A stretch of DNA of 48,669 nucleotides, taken from positions 1-48,669 of IMG/VR virus record IMGVR_UViG_3300044699_000043; one strand, 5' to 3'. This DNA comes from a virus. Lineage: Duplodnaviria; Caudoviricetes. Made by a program: the position numbers and the translations under genes. This document shows, one piece after another, positions 21,301 through 30,027 of this stretch (within the stretch, counting starts at the first letter, position 1; each line of letters starts with the position of its first letter). The notes below the pieces were generated by a model. It had not been told where the DNA came from. It saw only the letters and a program-made list of their open reading frames with translations, and did no database searches.

Positions 21301-22827
21301 GTGGCTGCCGCACTCGAGATCCTCGCAGATGCCATGAAGAAGATGGGAGGGATGAGCTGGGAAGAAGTCGCCAAGTCGTTGATCGTCTTGGCGGGCTCCC
21401 TGATCATTATCTCCGCGGCTTTGGTCGTCGCTTCCGGCACCCTACCGGGTGCAGCGGCCATCATTGTCATGGCAGCCGCTCTGGCCATTCTTGCCCCCGT
21501 TCTCAAGACGTTGGGCGGTATGAGCTGGAGCGACATTGCTGCCGGTCTGGTTGCTTTGGCTGGCGTCTTCGTCATCATTGGTGTTGCCGGCTTGGTACTC
21601 GGACCTCTGGTTCCGGTCATTGCTGGACTAGCGGTCTCTATTGGCCTGCTGGGTATTGCCGTTCTTGCTGCCGGCATTGGCGTGCTGGCATTCGCTACGG
21701 GTCTTACCATACTCGCAGCAGCAGGAGCAGGGGCTACGGCAGCGATAGTCGGGATTGTTTCGGGCTTGGTGGGGTTGATTCCCTACGTGATGGAGCAGAT
21801 CGCCGTCGGTTTGGTGTTGTTTGCTCAGGTAATCGCTACTGCCGGTCCGTCAATTCTAGCGGCAATTACCACAGTTCTGAATTCTCTGCTTCAAGCAATC
21901 ATCGATGTGACTCCAAAGATCATGGAGACGCTCGGCGTTCTGCTCGATGGCATGCTGAAGTTGCTCGTCTCTTCAGTGCCCAAAATGGTAGACGCTGGTT
22001 TCAAAATTCTGATCGGTTTCTTGAGAGGTATCGCCGATAACATCGGCCAAGTTGTCGATGTCGCCACAGACGTTATCGTGAACTTCTTGGATGGGATCGG
22101 CAGGAACATTGGCCGAATCATTCAGGCTGGTATTGACTTGATCTTCGATTTCCTCGATGGTCTTGCTACCGGCATTCGATCAAGTGGAAAACGACTTGCG
22201 GATGCCGGTTGGGACATCGCCAAGGCGATGATCGATGGCGTTATCGACGGCTTGAAGTCTTTGGCGGGCAGGGCGCTTGACGCTGCCTGGCAGTTCGCAA
22301 AGGACATGCTCAATAAAGCGCTCAGCGCTCTGGGCATCAAGTCGCCATCCAAGGAATTCTACTGGGCCGGACAGATGATGGTTCTGGGTGCAGCGAATGG
22401 ATTGGATGACTTCGCTCACATCGCAAACGATTCTGCCGGAGATCTCGGAAACGGTATGGTTGACGCGATGGGTAAGTCGCTCGATGGCTTGAGCAAGGTC
22501 CTCGGTAAGGACCTGATCGACTTCGACCCAACCATCACCCCGGTACTCGATTTGACGCAGATCAAGAAGGATGCCGGAGAAATCAGCAACCTTCTGAGTC
22601 TCAGCGAGTTCGATGTGAATAGCACTCTCAAGAGCGCTAAGGCTGCGGGCGCCGGTTTCGAATTGAACCGTACCGACGACAGCTCAAATACCTCCGGAGA
22701 AACTTCCGGAAATTCAACCACATTCATTCAGAACAATAGTTCGCCGAAGGAACTCAACGCGGTGGAGATCTACCGCCAGACAAACAACTTGATTTCTACC
22801 GCCAAGAAGGGAGGGACAGATGCTTAA
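18391..22827 (+). CDS. Tape measure protein
   Basis: ~1,478 aa, Ala/Gly/Leu-rich. Tape-measure domain (YADQTIYNF...QLSQAISAGKV) and LGIKSPSK motif. Confidence 0.93.
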   Translation: MSSIDERIVRMKFDNAQFSQGASSTLKMLDQLKAALKFEGAANGLNEASAAVGRFSTAGAQEQVSGLSQKFSALQVAAITALANITSKAVDAGLSLAKSLTLEPIMSGFHEYETNLNSIQTILANTGLKGAEGLQKVNSALDELNHYADQTIYNFSEMARNIGTFTAAGVTLDVASNAIKGIANLAAVSGSNAEQASSAMYQLSQAISAGKVTLEDWNSVVNAGMGGKVFQDALMDTARVHGVAVDKIVKDEGSFRLSLQKGWLTSNILTETLSKFTGDLTADQLKSMGYNQQQIAGILEMGKTAVDAATKVKTMTQLIDTLREAVGSGWAKTWQIVFGDFDEAKGLFTEVNNVLGGMIQKSAEARNNLLQGWKDLGGRQALIDGISNAFKALMSILTPIKDAFRDIFPATTAQQLYNMTTAFRDFMQKLILGSETADNLRRTFAGFFAILGIGWELLKAGVKFIFDLLGALTSGSGGFLKFTGNIGDFLVALHKAIKDGDAFGKIFGVLGKILQVPINLLKALGTLLGNLFSGAKDGATAAKDGITGLTESLSPMQKLGSVIKSIWAGILSLFTSISQKVQQVAKDFIQWASGVGAAISGALGGKLDFSAILKAVNTGLFATLVVALKKFMSSIGDKGPGGFLNSLKDSLDALTGALKGMQNALNAAALLAIAAAIGILTLSVIALSKIDNEGITRASIAIGVMFAQLSIAFKALDAISTMGSAAKITVLSAGLILLAVAVRILTSSVEKLAEIPFSSLIKGLGALVVILLAVAGTTRLMESNNPGIIKTAAGLVILAAAIRLLVTSVEALGGMDWGSLAKGLTGVAVLLTSLALFTKFAEADKGGIGTGVGLILLATALKILASAVGDFAQFSWGELAKGMASVAVGLGLITAAMNLLPTGSVLKAAGVVVVAAALEIIADAVGKMGSLSWGEIARGLTVMAASLLAISLAIGLLPPTSLVSAAGILVVAAALEILADAMKKMGGMSWEEVAKSLIVLAGSLIIISAALVVASGTLPGAAAIIVMAAALAILAPVLKTLGGMSWSDIAAGLVALAGVFVIIGVAGLVLGPLVPVIAGLAVSIGLLGIAVLAAGIGVLAFATGLTILAAAGAGATAAIVGIVSGLVGLIPYVMEQIAVGLVLFAQVIATAGPSILAAITTVLNSLLQAIIDVTPKIMETLGVLLDGMLKLLVSSVPKMVDAGFKILIGFLRGIADNIGQVVDVATDVIVNFLDGIGRNIGRIIQAGIDLIFDFLDGLATGIRSSGKRLADAGWDIAKAMIDGVIDGLKSLAGRALDAAWQFAKDMLNKALSALGIKSPSKEFYWAGQMMVLGAANGLDDFAHIANDSAGDLGNGMVDAMGKSLDGLSKVLGKDLIDFDPTITPVLDLTQIKKDAGEISNLLSLSEFDVNSTLKSAKAAGAGFELNRTDDSSNTSGETSGNSTTFIQNNSSPKELNAVEIYRQTNNLISTAKKGGTDA

Positions 22828-23644
22828 CAAGTTCGAAGTAACAAACAGTCGAGGAAATGTCCTGACCTTCGAGATGGATGAAGATCTCGCCGGAAGTTAT
22901 CAAGTTTCTGAAATCGAGGGTCTCGATCCGGTGAAGGCGACGCTCGTTTCCTCGAGCTATGCCGGATCTGATGGGGAAGAATTCCAAACAGCAAAACTCC
23001 CCGCGAGAAACATCGTCATCAAACTTGATCTTGACCCGGACTTCAACCCGAAGACATACTCGGACCTTCGCAGGGACTTGTATTCGTTCTTCATGCCAAA
23101 GGCTGCGATCAAGCTCCGGTTCTACACGACTTCGGGTCTTTACGTCGATATCAACGGTATTGTTGAGTCGATGAGCACCCCCCTGTTCGAAGAAGACCCC
23201 ACCGTAGATATTTCGGTGATGTGTCACAAACCGGATTTCATCGACAGTCGAATGATCACTGTTAGCGGTCATACAGTCGCCGACACCACGAATACCGAAA
23301 TTGATTACCCCGGTACGGTCCAAGCGGGAACGGTGTTGAATCTCCATGTCAACCGTTCCGTTGCTGGGTTCACCATTTACAACCTCGATGAGGGCGGACG
23401 ACTGTCGCAGTTGGACTTCTCGTACGCCCTAATCAATGGGGACGAACTGGTGGTCAGCTCCCTTCAAGGGAACAAGGGGATCACCCTGACCCGGGCGTCC
23501 ATTTCAAGTTCTGTGTTGTACGGACGCTCGGCCCAATCTAGCTGGATCAATTTCGTCGAAGGATTGAATCAGTTCCGGGTGTACGCCTTGGGCGACCCAA
23601 TTCCGTATGACCTGGAGTACGTCGTGAGGTATGGAGGTCTGTAG
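22820..23644 (+). CDS. Distal tail (Dit-like) minor tail protein
   Basis: Directly after the tape measure gene. IEGLDPVKA, RNIVIKL, G.NQFRV. Confidence 0.75.
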   Translation: MLNKFEVTNSRGNVLTFEMDEDLAGSYQVSEIEGLDPVKATLVSSSYAGSDGEEFQTAKLPARNIVIKLDLDPDFNPKTYSDLRRDLYSFFMPKAAIKLRFYTTSGLYVDINGIVESMSTPLFEEDPTVDISVMCHKPDFIDSRMITVSGHTVADTTNTEIDYPGTVQAGTVLNLHVNRSVAGFTIYNLDEGGRLSQLDFSYALINGDELVVSSLQGNKGITLTRASISSSVLYGRSAQSSWINFVEGLNQFRVYALGDPIPYDLEYVVRYGGL

Positions 23645-24900
23645 TGGAGATCTTCATTCTGGACGCTCTCCTTCGTCAAATCGATGTGGTGGACGAGTAT
23701 ATTTCGTTCATTTGGACCGAGCGGTACTCGGCGAAGGGTGATTTCGAGCTGATCACCCTTTCCACCATTCAAAACCGAAATCGGTTTGTCAAAGACACCT
23801 TGATCATGATCCCGAATGATTCTAAACGAATCATGCGTGTGAACACGATCGAGGACACGATGGACGAAGATAAGGGCGCCACACTCACAGTGAAGGGATT
23901 CGAGCTCGTCTCGATCCTCGAGCAGCGAGTAATGACGACGAAAGAAGTCGGTGGTGACCACGACGGGATGATTCGGGCGGTCAACTACTACAACGGTTGG
24001 CCCCCGATTGAAATCCCCGGATTCATGGTGTGGCAAGTCTGCTACCCCTCTTCGGGGTATCAGATTTTCCCTGGCGACACGATCCCGTTCCTGCAGAACA
24101 GTTCAACGCCTGGGGGTGGGATATACCCCGCTGGCAACCTGCCGCAGATGCAGACCGCGGATATTCTGTGGGAGCAAAAGGTAGCCAGTCTATATTCCGC
24201 GGTATCGGACATCTGCAAAGCGTACGATCTCGGATTCCGTCTGTACAAGGATCCCAGCCTCGCAAAGCTATATTTCGAGGCGTACGTTGGAAACGATCGA
24301 ACAAGCGCACAAGCTATATATCCCCCCGTCGTTTTCTCGAGCGACATGGCGAATTTGCAGAACACGACAGAATATATCGACAATACGAAACACTTCAACA
24401 AAATCATCGCGCTTTATCAGTACAAGAATCCCGTCGAAGGCGGGTACCCCACGGAATTGACCCTGAATGCGGTTGCGTCAGACCCCGAGCTCGCATTTTC
24501 CTCCGGGGGGCTCGATCAGAAAACCAAATTCATTTCCATCACTCAATTACCCGAGGGGATGGAACTGATTGACGTACCGGCATATTTGCAGAAGCTGGCC
24601 GACGAAGAATTGATCAAGTCTCGCCCAATCGATATTTATGACGGCGAAATCGACCAGCATGCGCAATTCTTGTACGAACGCGATTACTTTCTTGGAGATC
24701 TCGTAGAGGTCCGAGGAGATAATGGTGGCGCGGCATATATGCGGGTCGAGGAACAAATCATCAAGTACGATGCGACTGGCAAGAATTCGTATCCGTCTTT
24801 GGTGACGAAGGATTCCATTACCCCTGGCACATGGCGTTCCTGGAAGTACGATATCGACTGGAATGACATGGGTTCCGGCGAATACTGGAACAATCAGTAA
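23644..24900 (+). CDS. Minor tail/baseplate hub protein (Gp37-like siphovirus family)
   Basis: SFIWTERY...GDFEL and Y..DYFLGDLV. Confidence 0.75.
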   Translation: MEIFILDALLRQIDVVDEYISFIWTERYSAKGDFELITLSTIQNRNRFVKDTLIMIPNDSKRIMRVNTIEDTMDEDKGATLTVKGFELVSILEQRVMTTKEVGGDHDGMIRAVNYYNGWPPIEIPGFMVWQVCYPSSGYQIFPGDTIPFLQNSSTPGGGIYPAGNLPQMQTADILWEQKVASLYSAVSDICKAYDLGFRLYKDPSLAKLYFEAYVGNDRTSAQAIYPPVVFSSDMANLQNTTEYIDNTKHFNKIIALYQYKNPVEGGYPTELTLNAVASDPELAFSSGGLDQKTKFISITQLPEGMELIDVPAYLQKLADEELIKSRPIDIYDGEIDQHAQFLYERDYFLGDLVEVRGDNGGAAYMRVEEQIIKYDATGKNSYPSLVTKDSITPGTWRSWKYDIDWNDMGSGEYWNNQ

Positions 24901-24915
24901 CGAGAGGAGACTATT

Positions 24916-25154
24916 GTGGCTGTTGGAGATGCTGCGGCTGCTGCTGGGTATCCCTGGTTCCTGATTCAGGGGAAGAAGGAAAAGTAAAGTGGGGGGCTCG
25001 CGAGATCAACCGAACTCGCGATATCGCCGCAATCTTGTCCAGCCTCATCCCTCAGAGTAAGGCGGGATGGCGTACATCCGCGGGAATCACCTCCGGAACT
25101 GGAGAACCCACGGGCGGTACGGATGGGGACATCTACTTCAAGATCTTGCCGTAG
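24916..25154 (+). CDS. Small minor tail protein (absent from ORF track; one frameshift at CCC ~24,952)
   Basis: RBS GAGGAG plus GTG. Restoring one C gives MAVGDAAAAAGYPLVPDSGEEGKVKWGAREINRTRD...TGEPTGGTDGDIYFKILP*. Confidence 0.65.
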
Positions 25155-25161
25155 GTGACTC

Positions 25162-26151
25162 ATGCCTGACTACGACGAGTATATCGGCGGCTCCACAACA
25201 CTGCGGATCCGCGATACCGGCGGCTGGGTCGAATTCTGGGTCCAAACGGGCCCTTTGACTTGGAACAACCAACAGCCATATTCATTCTATGCGAACGATA
25301 CGTTTTACGGCGGTCGAACGTTCAGAATGGTCCGCGGGGGCGGATGGCAGTACGTTGACCATGTCTGGGTTGAATGGGATCAGGATGTCGAGTTCACGCT
25401 TTACGACACAGGACTCGGTTTTCCTACCCACACTTTCGAACAACATATTCAAAGGACGACGGTCCCCGAACCGCCGAACCTGGACGATGTAACAGCCATA
25501 TCCTCTTCGGCTTTCTCCGTTTCATTCTCCGATAACTCGGATGGTGGATCGGAGATTGTCGAGAGGCAAATTGGCTATGGCGCATCCTCGAATGGACCGA
25601 CATCCATTGTCGATTCCGACGGCACTTCAACAATCGGCGGTTTCTCGAGCGGTCAGAAAGTATATTTCTGGGCCCGGTGTCGAAACGACTTCGGTTGGAG
25701 TGATTGGTCGGAGCGAGGGGAAGGCGTCACTTGGCAAGTTCCTCCCGCTCCTGGCCCAGCAACATTCTACGACATCAAACAGAAATCGTTGGGCGTCTCA
25801 TTCCAATTCAAGAAACGCCCGAATGATCCCCCAAACCTTGAGAAACAGTTCAGGTACGGTAGGGACGCCACTGCGGCAGTCATCGACGGTACTGTAACTG
25901 TCGACGAATCAATAGAATATTTGACCAACTTGGACCCCGGAAAAACCTATTACTTCTGGGGTAGGGCGAGGAATTCTGTAGGCTGGGGGCCTTGGTCGGC
26001 CGTTTCGTCGACGAATCTGATCGCGGGGGCACGTGTTCTCGTTTCTGGTACGTGGCGGCGGGCAGTACCCTATGTACGAGTAGGTGGAATATGGAAGGTG
26101 GCAGAGCCATGGGTGAAGGATCAGGGGGATTGGAAGAAGACCTCCCTATAG
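25162..26151 (+). CDS. Minor tail protein with two fibronectin type III-like domains
   Basis: YFWARCRNDFGWSDWS and YYFWGRARNSVGWGPWS. C-terminal V.V.G.W repeats. Confidence 0.75.
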   Translation: MPDYDEYIGGSTTLRIRDTGGWVEFWVQTGPLTWNNQQPYSFYANDTFYGGRTFRMVRGGGWQYVDHVWVEWDQDVEFTLYDTGLGFPTHTFEQHIQRTTVPEPPNLDDVTAISSSAFSVSFSDNSDGGSEIVERQIGYGASSNGPTSIVDSDGTSTIGGFSSGQKVYFWARCRNDFGWSDWSERGEGVTWQVPPAPGPATFYDIKQKSLGVSFQFKKRPNDPPNLEKQFRYGRDATAAVIDGTVTVDESIEYLTNLDPGKTYYFWGRARNSVGWGPWSAVSSTNLIAGARVLVSGTWRRAVPYVRVGGIWKVAEPWVKDQGDWKKTSL

Positions 26152-26583
26152 CGGAGCCTCATAAGTTGTGGGGGCTTCGTCCGTGGAAACGCCACAGTAC
26201 AATCCTGATGGTTGTGGGATGTCTGTTCGTTGCGATCGGAATTGGCTATATCGTAGTACCGTCCACTGAAGGACGAAACGCGTCTTTACGGGTGATCCTG
26301 CAAGTGGCTCCAATTCAATTCTGGGGATCCATTTTCGTCTTTGCGGGCCTCCTTTCGATGCTTTCTTCGAGATGGCCCCCATGACTGAAACCTGGGGGTA
26401 TATGGTGCTGACAGGCACGTCTTCGGGATGGGCCGCGACATATCTTCTGGGATGGCTTTCTTTCACGCTCCCGCTACAAATCTCGGTCAGGCAGCTGTTT
26501 GGAGTATTTTGGCTTTCATGTGGTGGGCTATTTCTGGCTTGCCGAACCCAGAAAAGATCGTGGTGACCGATGGACGCCTCTAA
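26109..26583 (+). CDS. Multi-pass membrane protein (lysis-cassette type), split by two apparent frameshifts
   Basis: Hydrophobic segments continue across frames: ...SSRWPP / MTETWGYMVLTG.. / FHAPATNLGQAAVWSILAFMWWAISGLPNP...*. Start uncertain. Confidence 0.55.
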
Positions 26584-26944
26584 CTGGTCGGTGATCGTCG
26601 TGGCCATAATCAGCCTGATTGGGGCTGCTCTGTCCGGTAGAGCAGCAAAAAACGCAACAAAAATCACTACCGAAGCTTCGATCGCCAACTCGAAATTGTT
26701 GGCGGAAACAGAAGCGTATAACCGTGCTCGAAAGATGGATGTTGAAACGATCGAGCACAAAACCAACCAGATCAAAGAAATCAGAGCCGAACACGCAGAA
26801 ACAATTCGACAAATAAAGAAGAATAACGAAGAGCTTCGCGGAAAAGTTCGCGAACTTAAAGCGGATAACGAAAAACTACATCAAGAGAATTTGAAACTTC
26901 GAGAAAGAGTAACTCGACTCGAGCAAGGAGAATTCAGTGGATAA
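26570..26944 (+). CDS. Membrane-anchored coiled-coil protein
   Basis: N-terminal TM segment followed by a heptad-rich region. Confidence 0.75.
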   Translation: MDASNWSVIVVAIISLIGAALSGRAAKNATKITTEASIANSKLLAETEAYNRARKMDVETIEHKTNQIKEIRAEHAETIRQIKKNNEELRGKVRELKADNEKLHQENLKLRERVTRLEQGEFSG

Positions 26945-27299
26945 CACCGGTTTCATCATCCCCCCGAATCTGTACAACTTTCTGAAATTCGTTTCCCTGG
27001 TTCTTCTGCCGGCTGCGGCAGCTCTGGTGATCACTCTCGGCACGATTCTGGGCTGGGATGGTGCTACAGTCACTGCGGGTGTCATCACGGCTTTCGACAC
27101 CTTCATGGGCCTGGTCCTGGGGAAGAGTTCCAGCAACTACAAACAGAGCGAACCCGAGAATGTCGGAGATCTCGTATTCGGTACGGACGAAGACGGTGCC
27201 ACGATCATCAAGCGGGTGCAGATCAACAAGGAAAACCCGGTCTTCAACGTTGGAAGTCGACTCAATCTGAACGTCGTTCGAGAAGTTGACCATCCTTAA
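26937..27299 (+). CDS. Holin (Dp-1-like)
   Basis: LYNFLKFVSLVLLPA...DTFMGLVLGKSSSNY, two TM segments. Confidence 0.7.
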   Translation: MDNTGFIIPPNLYNFLKFVSLVLLPAAAALVITLGTILGWDGATVTAGVITAFDTFMGLVLGKSSSNYKQSEPENVGDLVFGTDEDGATIIKRVQINKENPVFNVGSRLNLNVVREVDHP

Positions 27300-27331
27300 T
27301 CGCAAGAAATACATGGCTAATAATGAGACCC
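27300..27331 (+). promoter_or_regulatory. Repeated promoter-like motif P1
   Basis: TCGCAAGAAATACATGGCTAATAATGAGACCC, followed by RBS GAAAGGA and ATG 27349. Confidence 0.8.
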
Positions 27332-27348
27332 CTCGAAAGGAATTAGCC

Positions 27349-27621
27349 ATGTTCAAGAAGGATCCTCTCAAAGCCCGAATCGACACCGAGATTCACCAGC
27401 TCCTCGACCTTATGGGTCAGGAAAACGGTTACACCGACGCTTACAAGTCGATGGCCAGCCACGTAGAAAAGCTCATGGAGTTGAAGCAAAAAGACTCCAT
27501 CAGCAAAGACACGTGGGTGACCGTCGGCACACACATCGCCGGCTTGATCGTCATCCTGAACCATGAACGAGCGCACGTGATCGCCTCGAAGGCGTTCGGA
27601 CTTTTGAAGAAGACTGTCTGA
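27349..27621 (+). CDS. Hypothetical protein (cassette 1)
   Basis: RBS GAAAGGA. MFKKDPLKARID...GLIVILNHERAHVIASKAFGLLKKTV. Confidence 0.75.
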   Translation: MFKKDPLKARIDTEIHQLLDLMGQENGYTDAYKSMASHVEKLMELKQKDSISKDTWVTVGTHIAGLIVILNHERAHVIASKAFGLLKKTV

Positions 27622-27646
27622 TCTGCTACACCCAAGAAGCCTCGAG

Positions 27647-27690
27647 CCATACGACCTGTACCCCTCCCCCGTACAGGTCGTATGGTTTTC
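27647..27690 (+). terminator. 15-bp perfect hairpin ending GGTTTTC
   Basis: CCATACGACCTGTAC (27647-61) pairs with GTACAGGTCGTATGG (27671-85), then TTTTC. Confidence 0.75.
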
Positions 27691-27708
27691 GGGGATTTAA
27701 GTTTTTGC

Positions 27709-27740
27709 TCGCAAGAATTACAAGGCCTATAATGAGACCC
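27709..27740 (+). promoter_or_regulatory. Repeated promoter-like motif P2
   Basis: TCGCAAGAATTACAAGGCCTATAATGAGACCC. Confidence 0.85.
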
Positions 27741-27758
27741 CTATGAAAGGAATACCTC

Positions 27759-27917
27759 ATGAACAAGAAAGACCTCGCCATCATCGCCGGCCCAATCGTC
27801 GGTGCTGCTGCATTCTTCGCTGTGAACCTCGCAGTCGGAGCATACATCAAGCACCGGGAGAACAAGCCCGCCAAGAAGGACGTCATCACCGAACTCATGG
27901 AAGAAGCCCAGAAGTAG
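27759..27917 (+). CDS. 52-aa membrane protein (cassette 2; absent from ORF track)
   Basis: RBS GAAAGGA. MNKKDLAIIAGPIVGAAAFFAVNLAVGAYIKHRENKPAKKDVITELMEEAQK*. Confidence 0.75.
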   Translation: MNKKDLAIIAGPIVGAAAFFAVNLAVGAYIKHRENKPAKKDVITELMEEAQK

Positions 27918-27923
27918 ATATTC

Positions 27924-27959
27924 AAACCGACAAGCCCCGCACAGGGGCTTTAGGTTTTC
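27924..27959 (+). terminator. Conserved hairpin H-a (terminator or processing site)
   Basis: AAACC-GAC-AAGCCCC-GCACA-GGGGCTT-TA-GGTTTTC. Confidence 0.65.
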
Positions 27960-27972
27960 GAAAGGGAATGAA

Positions 27973-28056
27973 ATGGAAATGAAAGTAATCACGATCGCAC
28001 TTATTGTTGCATTTCTTCTCTACGTGGCATTCATTATTTCGATTCTTGTCGCTTAA
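27973..28056 (+). CDS. 27-aa hydrophobic micropeptide
   Basis: MEMKVITIALIVAFLLYVAFIISILVA*. AAAGGG upstream. Fills the gap between H-a and P3. Confidence 0.55.
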   Translation: MEMKVITIALIVAFLLYVAFIISILVA

Positions 28057-28057
28057 A

Positions 28058-28089
28058 TCGCAGAATTTACATGGGCTATAATGAGACCC
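28058..28089 (+). promoter_or_regulatory. Repeated promoter-like motif P3
   Basis: TCGCAGAATTTACATGGGCTATAATGAGACCC. Confidence 0.85.
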
Positions 28090-28108
28090 TACTAACGAAG
28101 GAAAGCCC

Positions 28109-28340
28109 ATGTTCAAGAACAAAGCGTTCCAGATTCAGATGGTCGATGCCAAGAAGAACGCCGAAAGCGTCATCGAAGACACCCCCGTCCACACCGTAGA
28201 ACCCGCCGAGATCGCACAAGATCGCCGCGGACTATACGATTCAGACCGTGGTTGCCGTCGGTGCCGTGATCGCCGCCAACAAGGTATTGACCACCATCTG
28301 CGACATCGCCGTACTTGCAGCGAAAGCCAAACTGAAGTAG
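28109..28340 (+). CDS. Hypothetical protein (cassette 3; one apparent +1 error near 28,218)
   Basis: RBS GAAGGA. Removing one base gives ...EPAEIAxIAADYTIQTVVAVGAVIAANKVLTTICDIAVLAAKAKLK*, ending just before hairpin H-b. Confidence 0.65.
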
Positions 28341-28344
28341 TAAC

Positions 28345-28376
28345 AACCAACAAGCCCGCAAGGGCTTTAGGTTTTC
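28345..28376 (+). terminator. Conserved hairpin H-b
   Basis: AACC-AAC-AAGCCC-GCAA-GGGCTT-TA-GGTTTTC. Confidence 0.65.
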
Positions 28377-28392
28377 CAGAAAGTAGAGTCTC

Positions 28393-28515
28393 ATGAGAAA
28401 GTATCCCCGAAGAAAAATCAACTTCGCAGAATTCTGTTTGCTCTGCATTGGACTTCCCGCCATATTTTTGGCGATGTGCGCTTGCGTAATCTTCATCGTT
28501 ATTTCCCTGCACTGA
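28393..28515 (+). CDS. 40-aa Cys-rich hydrophobic micropeptide
   Basis: MRKYPRRKINFAEFCLLCIGLPAIFLAMCACVIFIVISLH*. Fills the gap between H-b and P4. Confidence 0.55.
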   Translation: MRKYPRRKINFAEFCLLCIGLPAIFLAMCACVIFIVISLH

Positions 28516-28516
28516 A

Positions 28517-28541
28517 TCGCAGGATTTACACGCCATGTAAT
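28517..28541 (+). promoter_or_regulatory. Repeated promoter-like motif P4
   Basis: TCGCAGGATTTACACGCCATGTAAT. Not followed by an RBS or ORF. Confidence 0.75.
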
Positions 28542-28543
28542 GA

Positions 28544-28670
28544 AGAGAAGAGATTCGAAAGAATTCCGAGACACGAATGCGTGGGTGAGATACCCACCCG
28601 GAGTGGCAGCACTCTAGAAGAAGCTGCTTAATGGATAGTTTTCGCTGGGCTATCACCTCTTCTCTATTTT
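28544..28670 (+). ncRNA. Candidate structured small RNA driven by P4
   Basis: Terminal 9-bp stem AGAGAAGAG/CTCTTCTCT plus ATTTT, enclosing four hairpins. Confidence 0.6.
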
Positions 28671-28695
28671 GTCCAAATCCTGGAAGGAAAGAATC

Positions 28696-29145
28696 ATGAA
28701 GTATTGGATCATCGCCATTTGCGTCACGATCGTTCTCACGGTCGTGGGCCTTTTCTTTTTCCACCCTCGATCTCCCCTGAACCGTACGGATGGTGTCGCT
28801 CCCGTCGCCGTACAGCAGGTACCAGCCGCGGAGCTGAGTCTTCCGCTCGTGGATCTCGAAGGAGACTGGCATGCCGTCGCGAATGGTATCCGGTTCGAGG
28901 CCGAAGTCACGGGCAGCATCATCAAGATCAACATGTACACCGAAAGTGGCTTGGAGGCTCTGTACTGGTTCGGCAGTTTCCACAACTCCGAAGAAGCCGG
29001 CAAGACCATCACGTCCGAGGCGGACGACAGTCGAGTCGCGCTGTCTTCGGACAAGACCAAGATCTTCGAGGTCGACAAGACCACCCTGACTTTCGAATTC
29101 CAGGCCATGGGCATCAAGAAGTCCGTGGTGATGAAGCGTGGATAA
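28696..29145 (+). CDS. Membrane-anchored/secreted beta-rich protein
   Basis: RBS GAAGGA, N-terminal TM segment, DLEGDW...LYWFGSF. Confidence 0.75.
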   Translation: MKYWIIAICVTIVLTVVGLFFFHPRSPLNRTDGVAPVAVQQVPAAELSLPLVDLEGDWHAVANGIRFEAEVTGSIIKINMYTESGLEALYWFGSFHNSEEAGKTITSEADDSRVALSSDKTKIFEVDKTTLTFEFQAMGIKKSVVMKRG

Positions 29146-29366
29146 CAACACTGCACTCGTCTTGCTGGTGGGAACCATCACTCTCGGTACCACCTTTTCG
29201 AGGCTGATCAAAGCAAAATACAAGATCGAAAAAATTGTGAAAGAAGAAACAAATGACGATGAAAACAGTTCTGAAGGTCGCCGAGAAGTTCGTGACGGAG
29301 AACTCCCCCGGGATTCTGACGGGCCTGGAGTGGCGGGGGCGGTAACAACCGCGGTCTTGGCGAGTA
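29138..29366 (+). CDS. Small membrane protein (3' end uncertain because of a frameshift)
   Basis: MDNNTALVLLVGTITLGTTFSRLIKAKYKIEK. GTG start overlaps the previous gene. Confidence 0.4.
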
Positions 29367-30018
29367 AAGCAGGATATTCGTCGGCGTTAAAAATCCAGGC
29401 CAAGGAGCATCTGCGAGTTGATCTCGACGAAGAAGCTCTCGAAACCAAGGAAAAGATCAAGCTCGTCTGGAAAAGAATTCATTCCGGCAGCTGCCGCTGG
29501 AACCGTGACGGTTGCGGCAATCATCGCTGCGAATCAGATCGGTACTCGCAGGACGGCAGCCATCGCGGCGGCTTTCAAGCTGTCCGAGCAGATCACCGAT
29601 GAGTACAAAGACAAGGTCATCAAGACCTTGGTGTGCTCAAAAGGAAGAAAAAATGCGGTCGGAACTCGCGGCCGAGAAGATGGAGCAGAATCCTCCGCCC
29701 TCGAACATGATCATCGTGACGGGCTCGGACGTTCTGTTCCTGGACGAACTGTCAGGACGGTATTTCCACAATCAGGTGGAGAACATCAAGAAGGCCGTTA
29801 ACGACATCAACCACCAGGTCAACAACAACTACTGTGCCTCGCTCACCGAGTTTCTACGAGCTGATCGGTCTCGAGGGCACGAAATTCTCCAATTCTGTCG
29901 GTTGGAACACGACGAGCTGCTCGAGGTGCAGTTCACCCCGACCATGTTCGAAGACAAGCCGGCAATCCTTCTCGGCTTCAACCACGAGCCGATTTCCGGC
30001 TACGACCGCTGCCAGTAA
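29253..30018 (+). CDS. DUF6353-like protein, broken by several single-base errors
   Basis: Pieces in successive frames: MTMKTVLKVAEKFVTENSPGILTGL / VAGAVTTAVLASKA / AAAFKLSE / LFLDELSGRYF / FYELIGL...VGWN. Confidence 0.6.
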
Positions 30019-30027
30019 GGGATATTC

